Positions 1-4,404 of a stretch of DNA of 4,404 nt are shown piece by piece. Below the pieces are notes generated by a model. It did not search any database, was not told where the DNA came from, and was given only the letters and a program-made list of their open reading frames with translations. The position numbers were made by a program, and so were the translations under genes. The DNA lies in IMG/VR virus record IMGVR_UViG_2582580934_000001, one strand, 5' to 3'. This stretch comes from a virus (lineage: Duplodnaviria > Heunggongvirae > Uroviricota > Caudoviricetes). Position 1 is the first letter of the stretch. Every line of letters starts with the position of its first letter.

Positions 1-480
1 AAATCCGAAACTGCAGCGGCATCATCGAAGAACGCGGCGAAAACCTCAGAAACGAATGCAGCTAACAGCGCACAGGCGGCAGCGACCTCACAGACTGCAT
101 CGGCAAACTCCGCGACAGCAGCCAAAAAATCAGAAACCAACGCGAAAAATAGCGAGACAGCCGCAAAGACGAGCGAAACCAACGCAAAGTCCAGCCAGAC
201 GGCAGCGAAGACCAGCGAAACGAATGCCAAAGCCAGTGAAACTGCGGCGAAAAGCAGTCAGGATGCAGCGGCTCAAAGCGAGAGTGCCGCAGCCAGTTCT
301 GCAAGCGCGGCGGCTGCTTCTGCCACTGCATCAGCTAACAGTCAAAAAGCAGCAAAAACCAGTGAAACCAACGCAAAGGTGAGCGAAACAGCGGCTGCGA
401 ACTCAGCGAAAGCATCGGCAGCAAGCCAGACGGCAGCTAAAGCAAGCGAAGATGCAGCCAGAGAGTACGCAAGCCAGGCT
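1..480 (+). repeat. Degenerate in-frame tandem repeats encoding SETNA(K)/SETAA(K) units (tail-fibre shaft repeat region)
   Basis: SETNA codon blocks at 46-60, 130-144, 172-186, 214-228 and 361-375; SETAA blocks at 4-18, 151-165, 235-249 and 382-396. The A/C/G-rich low-complexity DNA yields long spurious ORFs in the other frames (56..382 +, 62..331 -). Confidence 0.75.
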
Positions 481-1800
481 GCGGAGCCGTATAAATATGT
501 CTTACAGCCGCTGCCTGATGTGTGGATACCATTTAACGATTCGCTGGATATGATTACGGGCTTTTCGCCGTCATATAAAAAAATTGTTATTGGTGACGAT
601 GAAATAACGATGCCTGGCGACAAGATTGTTAAGTTTAAACGTGCATCGAAAGCAACCTATATTAACAAATCTGGTGTGCTGACAGAGGCTGCCATTGACG
701 AGCCACGATTTGAACGTGATGGCCTGCTTATTGAGGGGCAAAGAACAAACTACATGCTCAATTCGGAAAGCCCTGCCAGTTGGGGGCGATCGTCAAATAT
801 GGATGTGCCCGAAACAGGGACGGATAATTTTGGTTTTACCTATGGAAAGTTTGTCTGCAACGATTCTCTGATTGGGCAAACCTCAGCCATTAATATGGCA
901 TCAATTGCTGCAACAAAGTCAGTTGATGTCTCAGGCGATAATAAACACGTGACAACCTCATGTCGTTTTAAAACAGAACTGCAGGTAAGGTTGCGTATCC
1001 GGTTTGATAAATATGACGGTAGCGCAACAACTTTTCTTGGTGATGCGTATATTGATACACAAACGCTTGAAATTAATATGACAGGCGGTGCTGCCTCAAG
1101 GATTACAGCGAGAGTCAGAAAGGACGAAGCTACCGGATGGATTTTTGCAGAGGCAACAATTCAGGCAATTGATGGGGAGTTAAAAATAGGCTCTCAGATA
1201 CAGTATTCTCCTAAGCAGAGCGGGGCAACCGTATCTGGTGACTATATTTATCTGGCCACCCCACAAGTAGAAGATGGGCCTTGTGTATCATCTTTTATTA
1301 TATCAGGAGCGACGGCGGCGACCCGCGCAAGCGATATAGTTACAGTTCCAATTAAGAATAATCTTTATAATCTTCCTTTTACGGTTCTTTGTGAGGTACA
1401 TAAGAACTGGTATAAAACGCCAAATGCAGCGCCACGTGTTTTTGATACCGGCGGTCATCAAACCGGAGCGGCTATTATTCTTGGCTTCGGTCGTTCAACA
1501 GATTACGACGGATTTCCTTATTGCGATATTGGAGGAGCTAACAGACGGGTAAACGAAAACGCATCGCTTGAAAAAATGGTTATGGGGATGCGTGTAAAGT
1601 CAGAGCAGTCTACGTGCTCAGTAAGTAACGGGCATATATCCAGCGAAACAAAAACCACATGGTCCTGTATTCAGAACACCGCAATTATCCGTATTGGAGG
1701 CCAGACTACAGCCGGGTTACGTCATTTATTTGGTCATGTCAGGAATTTCAGAATATGGCACAAGGCATTGACTGATGCTCAGGTGGGGGAGTCAATCTAA
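1..1800 (+). CDS. Phage side tail fibre protein, 5'-partial (enters from upstream of window); Ala/Ser/Thr-rich repeat shaft followed by a lower-GC distal region with a LamG/concanavalin-like jelly-roll tip
   Basis: Frame 1 is open from nt 1 to the TAA at 1798-1800; the GTG at 379 in the ORF track is an internal codon of this longer frame. Nt 1-400 translate to KSETAAASSKNAAKTSETNA...KTSETNAKVSETAAAN with nine SET(N/A)A units, typical of Stf-type prophage fibre shafts. The last ~170 aa carry a LamG-like motif series (PFTVLCEVHKNW, RVFDTGG, AIILGFG, IRIGGQ, FGHVRNFRIWHKALTDAQV). Confidence 0.9.
   Translation, partial: KSETAAASSKNAAKTSETNAANSAQAAATSQTASANSATAAKKSETNAKNSETAAKTSETNAKSSQTAAKTSETNAKASETAAKSSQDAAAQSESAAASSASAAAASATASANSQKAAKTSETNAKVSETAAANSAKASAASQTAAKASEDAAREYASQAAEPYKYVLQPLPDVWIPFNDSLDMITGFSPSYKKIVIGDDEITMPGDKIVKFKRASKATYINKSGVLTEAAIDEPRFERDGLLIEGQRTNYMLNSESPASWGRSSNMDVPETGTDNFGFTYGKFVCNDSLIGQTSAINMASIAATKSVDVSGDNKHVTTSCRFKTELQVRLRIRFDKYDGSATTFLGDAYIDTQTLEINMTGGAASRITARVRKDEATGWIFAEATIQAIDGELKIGSQIQYSPKQSGATVSGDYIYLATPQVEDGPCVSSFIISGATAATRASDIVTVPIKNNLYNLPFTVLCEVHKNWYKTPNAAPRVFDTGGHQTGAAIILGFGRSTDYDGFPYCDIGGANRRVNENASLEKMVMGMRVKSEQSTCSVSNGHISSETKTTWSCIQNTAIIRIGGQTTAGLRHLFGHVRNFRIWHKALTDAQVGESI
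1786..1791 (+). promoter_or_regulatory. Shine-Dalgarno-like GGGGAG for the 1800 ORF, embedded in the end of the fibre gene
   Basis: GGGGAG at 1786-1791, 8 nt before the ATG at 1800; the ATG overlaps the fibre stop codon (TAATG), which suggests translational coupling. Confidence 0.5.
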
Positions 1801-2081
1801 TGAAAGATTTAACACTCAAATTTGAAGACAGGGCCGACTTTTCGGCCTTTATGGAGAGTATTGGCTATTATGATGACGAGTCGATGCAGGATGATATTCT
1901 TATCGACGTGATAGGTAACGTGTACAAAGAAACCGGAGAACTGACTGAAGATGGCGAACCGGTATGTGTTAAGGAAGACGGATATTTTGTAAACGTGCGC
2001 ATCATTAATGATTCGCAAATATCGTCATTATTCGATGAATACGTGGTTGCTGTTGAGCATCAACTTCGTGGCTGGATGTGA
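1800..2081 (+). CDS. Hypothetical small acidic protein (93 aa), unknown function, co-transcribed with the fibre genes
   Basis: ATG at 1800 with an upstream SD and 1-nt stop/start overlap with the fibre gene; stop TGA 2079-2081 lies 9 nt before the next gene. Protein is rich in D/E (MKDLTLKFEDRADFSAFMESIGYYDDESMQDD...). No family recognised from memory. Confidence 0.6.
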   Translation: MKDLTLKFEDRADFSAFMESIGYYDDESMQDDILIDVIGNVYKETGELTEDGEPVCVKEDGYFVNVRIINDSQISSLFDEYVVAVEHQLRGWM

Positions 2082-2084
2082 GGA
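2081..2084 (+). promoter_or_regulatory. Shine-Dalgarno AGGA for the 2091 ORF
   Basis: GAGGAAG at 2080-2086, with AGGA at 2081-2084 and a 6-nt spacer to the ATG at 2091. Confidence 0.55.
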
Positions 2085-2090
2085 AGAAAA

Positions 2091-3131
2091 ATGGCTACAT
2101 CGACAGTAATTCCTGATGACATCAAAACGCTAAAATCCGACGTTAGCAAATTAAAAAACGATCAAGGAAGCTACGCAACAAAATCTTATGTAGACAATAA
2201 AACAACATGGAATGGTTATTGCAATGTAATCTATGATCAAAAAACATTGCCAACAACTGGAACTATATTCAGCGGTAAGCTGCATTTGTCAAATAAGACT
2301 GGTGAAACGGAAAACGCTTATAGTGACATATATACCAGAAAAAATATTGATGGTACTAAAGATACAATGACGAGGATCGTCACACATAACGGGACAAAAG
2401 GTATCTTTTGGGACTTTAGTGATCTTTACGGAGGAACTTTAATTTTTCCAGGCAGTGATGGTTACCTTAAGATGGGGAACTGTCTCATGTCGTATGGTGT
2501 GCGGGGAAGTAACGCGCTTATTAAGTTTGATAATACAGACTCATTGCAGATCAAATATGCTAATCACGGGTCGACCATGACACTAAACACGCAAGGTACG
2601 GCGTATTCTGGTGTGTCGACGTTATTATGGGGAAATTCCAGCCGTCCTGTTGTTTATGAAGTCGGTGTTGATGGTGGCGCTTATATGTTCTATGCGCAGA
2701 AAAATACCGATAACACCTATATGTTAAGCGTTAATGGTGCATGTCATGCCACCGCATTTAACCAGCATTCCGACCGGGATCTGAAAGACAACATTCAGGT
2801 GATCGATAATGCAACCGACCGCATCCGTAAAATGAACGGCTATACATACACGCTTAAAGAAAACGGTATGCCCTATGCTGGTGTCATTGCACAGGAAGCT
2901 CTGGAAGCAATCCCAGAAGTTGTAGGTTCCGCAATGAAATATCAGGACGGTGCGAGCGGATCGGAAGGTGAAGAAGGTGAACGTTATTACACAGTAGATT
3001 ATTCTGGTGTTACTGGCTTGCTTGTTCAGGTAGCCAGAGAGTCAGACGACAGAATAACAGCACTGGAAGAAGAAAACGCAGAATTAAGACAAAGATTATC
3101 TGTAATTGAGGCGGCGCTTGCGTCTAAATAA
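2091..3131 (+). CDS. Tail fibre / tailspike-like protein (346 aa) with C-terminal intramolecular chaperone auto-processing domain (peptidase S74 type)
   Basis: ATG at 2091 with a good SD; stop TAA 3129-3131. Residues 227-346 read SDRDLKDNIQVID...RIRKMNGYTYTLKENGMPYAGVIAQEALEAIPEVV...YYTVDYSGVTGLLVQVARE...ALEEENAELRQRL, which matches the conserved pattern of the endosialidase / T5 pb1-type chaperone domain (SD-R-LK, G-IAQE-P-VV, DYS-L-V, terminal coiled coil). The N-terminal ~226 aa are AT-rich and Gly/Thr/Asn/Tyr-rich, as expected for a beta-rich receptor-binding part. Confidence 0.88.
   Translation: MATSTVIPDDIKTLKSDVSKLKNDQGSYATKSYVDNKTTWNGYCNVIYDQKTLPTTGTIFSGKLHLSNKTGETENAYSDIYTRKNIDGTKDTMTRIVTHNGTKGIFWDFSDLYGGTLIFPGSDGYLKMGNCLMSYGVRGSNALIKFDNTDSLQIKYANHGSTMTLNTQGTAYSGVSTLLWGNSSRPVVYEVGVDGGAYMFYAQKNTDNTYMLSVNGACHATAFNQHSDRDLKDNIQVIDNATDRIRKMNGYTYTLKENGMPYAGVIAQEALEAIPEVVGSAMKYQDGASGSEGEEGERYYTVDYSGVTGLLVQVARESDDRITALEEENAELRQRLSVIEAALASK
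2769..3128 (+). other. Domain: intramolecular chaperone / autoproteolytic C-terminal domain; predicted cleavage Ser codon at 2769-2771 (Ser227 of the 2091 ORF)
   Basis: HSDRDLKDN motif; the Ser in the SD-R-LK context is the established self-cleavage residue in characterised S74 domains. Assignment is by motif recall, not by search. Confidence 0.7.
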
Positions 3132-3137
3132 TATTAA

Positions 3138-3160
3138 GGGGCCGAGCGCCCCGTTTTATT
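3138..3160 (+). terminator. Rho-independent terminator ending the fibre gene cluster
   Basis: GGGGC (3138-3142), loop CGAGC, GCCCC (3148-3152), followed by GTTTTATT (3153-3160), 7 nt after the stop of the 2091 ORF. Confidence 0.7.
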
Positions 3161-3173
3161 GGGTAGGATGAAA

Positions 3174-3467
3174 ATGGATATAACACCTTTCCTTCATGCG
3201 CTTTGTGCTGTGGCTGCGCAGCTACTGATTGGTCTTTTTACCGGGAACTGGGCTTACGGGGCGATAGCCGGTTGTACGTTCTTCATTGCGCGTGAACACA
3301 CCCAGGCAGAATATCGCTGGATCGAAATGTTCGGGCATGGCAAGCGAATGAATATGCCGTGGTGGGGCGGTTTTGATACACGTGCATGGGATGTGGCAAG
3401 CCTGATGGATTTTGCTGTGCCGGTGGTGGCGTGTCTGCTGGTCTGGCTGTTGGTTAATCGTGGGTGA
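3174..3467 (+). CDS. Hypothetical small membrane protein (~97 aa from ATG 3174; in-frame alternative starts at ATG 3168 and TTG 3159), two predicted hydrophobic helices
   Basis: AGGA at 3165-3168 lies 5 nt before the ATG at 3174; stop TGA 3465-3467. Hydrophobic stretches FLHALCAVAAQLLIGLFTGNWAYGAIAGCTFFIA and ASLMDFAVPVVACLLVWLLV. GC is about 55%, unlike the AT-rich genes upstream. No family recognised. Confidence 0.5.
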   Translation: MDITPFLHALCAVAAQLLIGLFTGNWAYGAIAGCTFFIAREHTQAEYRWIEMFGHGKRMNMPWWGGFDTRAWDVASLMDFAVPVVACLLVWLLVNRG

Positions 3468-3477
3468 AAAAAGGTGA

Positions 3478-3606
3478 GCTGTATATGCAACGGAGGAAGA
3501 AACCCCGTTGCTGGAAGCCTGGAAAAAGTATCGGATGCTGCTGAACCGTGTTGATACATCAACTGCACCTGATATTGAGTGGCCTACGAACCCTGTCAGG
3601 GAGTAA
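3478..3606 (+). pseudogene. tfa: Fossil 3' end of a tail fibre assembly (Tfa) gene; only ~42 C-terminal codons remain and there is no start codon
   Basis: Frame 1 between TGA 3475-3477 and TAA 3604-3606 translates [42 protein letters not shown]. As I recall it, the phage lambda Tfa C-terminus is ...[36 protein letters not shown], a near match. Upstream frames are closed, and the unrelated 3174..3467 ORF sits in another frame. Confidence 0.75.
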
Positions 3607-3669
3607 TCATTGGGATTATGCCGCAGAACGTCTTAAGTAATCATTGGGATTATGCCGCAGAAACGTTGT
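3602..3669. repeat. Tandem direct duplication, 2 x 34 bp (first 27 nt identical), starting inside the tfa stop codon
   Basis: 3602-3635 is AGTAATCATTGGGATTATGCCGCAGAACGTCTTA and 3636-3669 is AGTAATCATTGGGATTATGCCGCAGAAACGTTGT. Confidence 0.85.
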
Positions 3670-3688
3670 ATGCAATAACGTTCTGCGG
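3655..3688. repeat. Inverted repeat / hairpin: 12-bp stem with one bulged A and a 9-nt loop; no following T-tract
   Basis: CCGCAGAAACGTT (3655-3667) pairs with AACGTTCTGCGG (3677-3688). The copy-1 sequence CCGCAGAACGT (3621-3631) is perfectly complementary to 3678-3688, giving an alternative pairing partner. A second 7-bp hairpin lies at 3696-3715 (ATGCACT / AGTGCAT). Confidence 0.6.
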
Positions 3689-3852
3689 TTGGCTGATGCA
3701 CTTTCGAGAGTGCATGTATTGAATTATTTCCAGCTATTATCGATTTTACGTATTTTTTGCATGAGAGAATTTGTACCTCCTCCCAACAACGACCTTCCAT
3801 GACTTTCCGGACTTCTGTGGGCCAGCGGACGATGCTGCCCTCGGATGTTGTG

Positions 3853-4404
3853 CTAATTGGGTGATGACAAATCCTGTGTATGGGTGTTTCCCTTTGTGCG
3901 TGCGTTGATGCTGGTAACGGTGAACGTCATGATGAACACAACCGCGAATAAGACGACAATCGTCGGAGCTGGTGCACTGTCGATAAAAAAGGACAACCAG
4001 ACACCAGTCATTGACACTATTACCGATATGCCAATCGCCAGTAGGAGCGCAATATGAAAGCGTTGTGTCAGGAGTACCGCAATGGCGCCAGGCGCAATGA
4101 GCAGAGAAATGGAGAGAATGATACCTACCGCTTTCAGCGTCGCCACAATGGTCAGAGAGACCATGCACAGCAGCCCATAATGCAGACATCTCGTATGCAA
4201 ACCGCTTACCTGCGCCTGTTGATAATCAAAGCTGAACAGCAAAAAATCCCGCCATTTTACGCTAATAACAAGTGTAACCAGCCCGGCAATAATCACCGTC
4301 TGGATTATATCGCCGATGGTTACCCCGAGCATGTCGCCGAAAAGAATATGGTCAAGATGTACGTCTGGTTTGACTGCAATATACAAGATCAGACCTGCGG
4401 CAAA
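3853..4404 (-). CDS. sitD: ABC-3 family divalent-metal (Mn/Fe) ABC transporter permease, SitD-like; 3' portion only, N-terminus lies beyond the window edge
   Basis: Minus-strand frame is open from nt 4404 down to stop TAG at 3855-3853. Translation ...LFGDMLGVTIGDIIQTVIIAGLVTLVISVKWRDFLLFSFDYQQAQVSGL...AVGIILSISLLIAPGAIAVLLTQRFH...FIDSAPAPTIVVLFAVVFIM aligns with the ZnuB/MntB/SitCD permease pattern (LFGDLLAV...LSxTISPDLAxxxG...xVGxLLxxSLLIxPAAxA...SGPxIVL). The sitD name is contextual (last permease of an operon next to prophage genes) and the symbol is less certain than the family. Confidence 0.8.
   Translation of the reverse strand, partial: FAAGLILYIAVKPDVHLDHILFGDMLGVTIGDIIQTVIIAGLVTLVISVKWRDFLLFSFDYQQAQVSGLHTRCLHYGLLCMVSLTIVATLKAVGIILSISLLIAPGAIAVLLTQRFHIALLLAIGISVIVSMTGVWLSFFIDSAPAPTIVVLFAVVFIMTFTVTSINARTKGNTHTQDLSSPN

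Noticed and set aside
56-382. 108-aa Arg/Lys/Gln-rich ORF on the + strand
   Set aside because: It is the +1 frame of the low-complexity repeat DNA, with no SD, and the real fibre frame (frame 1) is open through it.
62-623. Minus-strand ORFs 62..331 and 342..623
   Set aside because: Antisense to the fibre repeat region; low-complexity translations with no independent support.
379-1800. Track ORF starting at GTG 379, as a separate 473-aa gene
   Set aside because: The same frame is open back to nt 1 and continues the repeat pattern without a break, so GTG 379 is an internal Val codon.
1809-2018. 69-aa minus-strand ORF
   Set aside because: Fully antisense to the 1800..2081 ORF, which has the better SD and operon context.
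3254-3568. 104-aa minus-strand ORF
   Set aside because: Antisense across both the membrane-protein ORF and the tfa fossil; the tfa peptide match shows the + strand is the coding one there.
3602-3669. CRISPR array
   Set aside because: Only two adjacent repeat copies with no spacer between them and no cas genes.
3655-3715. Rho-independent terminators for tfa or for the permease operon
   Set aside because: Both hairpins lack a following U-tract on either strand; only the 3138-3160 hairpin meets the terminator criteria.
3618-3722. 34-codon ORF on the + strand starting at ATG 3618
   Set aside because: No SD, and it lies entirely within the duplicated and hairpin DNA, so it is most likely a chance frame.
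3720-3760. DNA-invertase crossover site (gix/hix/pix-like), since inversion systems often accompany stf/tfa
   Set aside because: TTATCGATTTTACG at about 3737 resembles a half-site start, but there is no paired inverted half-site, no second site, no oppositely oriented tfa and no invertase gene in the window.
3746-4189. 147-aa minus-strand ORF and 66-aa plus-strand ORF (3857..4057)
   Set aside because: Both overlap the permease gene in other frames; the permease frame gives an unmistakable transmembrane pattern and the others give Cys/His/Arg-rich noise.

Overview
This 4.4-kb window looks like the tail-fibre end of an enterobacterial lambdoid prophage abutting a metal-uptake ABC transporter operon. 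No rRNA, tRNA, CRISPR array, or recognisable nuclease/ATPase/reverse-transcriptase defence-type gene was seen. The candidate for something undescribed is the three-gene set at 1800-3467, but two of its genes are most simply read as fibre components. All homology calls below are from motif recall, not database searches.

Plus strand, in order:
- 1-1800: the 3' 1.8 kb of a side-tail-fibre gene, open from the window edge. It has an Ala/Ser/Thr-rich SETNA/SETAA repeat shaft, then a lower-GC distal part ending in a LamG/concanavalin-like motif set.
- 1800-2081: a 93-aa acidic ORF, translationally coupled to the fibre gene by a TAATG stop/start overlap.
- 2091-3131: a 346-aa fibre-like protein whose last ~120 aa match the intramolecular-chaperone auto-processing (peptidase S74) domain.
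- 3138-3160: a hairpin plus T-tract terminator.
- 3174-3467: a ~97-aa ORF with two hydrophobic helices.
- 3478-3606: a ~42-codon fossil of a tail-fibre-assembly (tfa) gene 3' end, with no start codon.
- 3602-3715: a 34-bp tandem duplication and two hairpins.

Minus strand: 3853-4404 is the 3' part of an ABC-3 family metal permease (SitD-like), running off the window edge.

Base composition is mosaic by hand count: about 57% GC at nt 1-120, 39% at 541-660, 34% at 2101-2220 and 55% at 3201-3320. I read this as a horizontally exchanged receptor-binding module (fibre tip plus the two downstream genes) that displaced the ancestral fibre tip and most of tfa.
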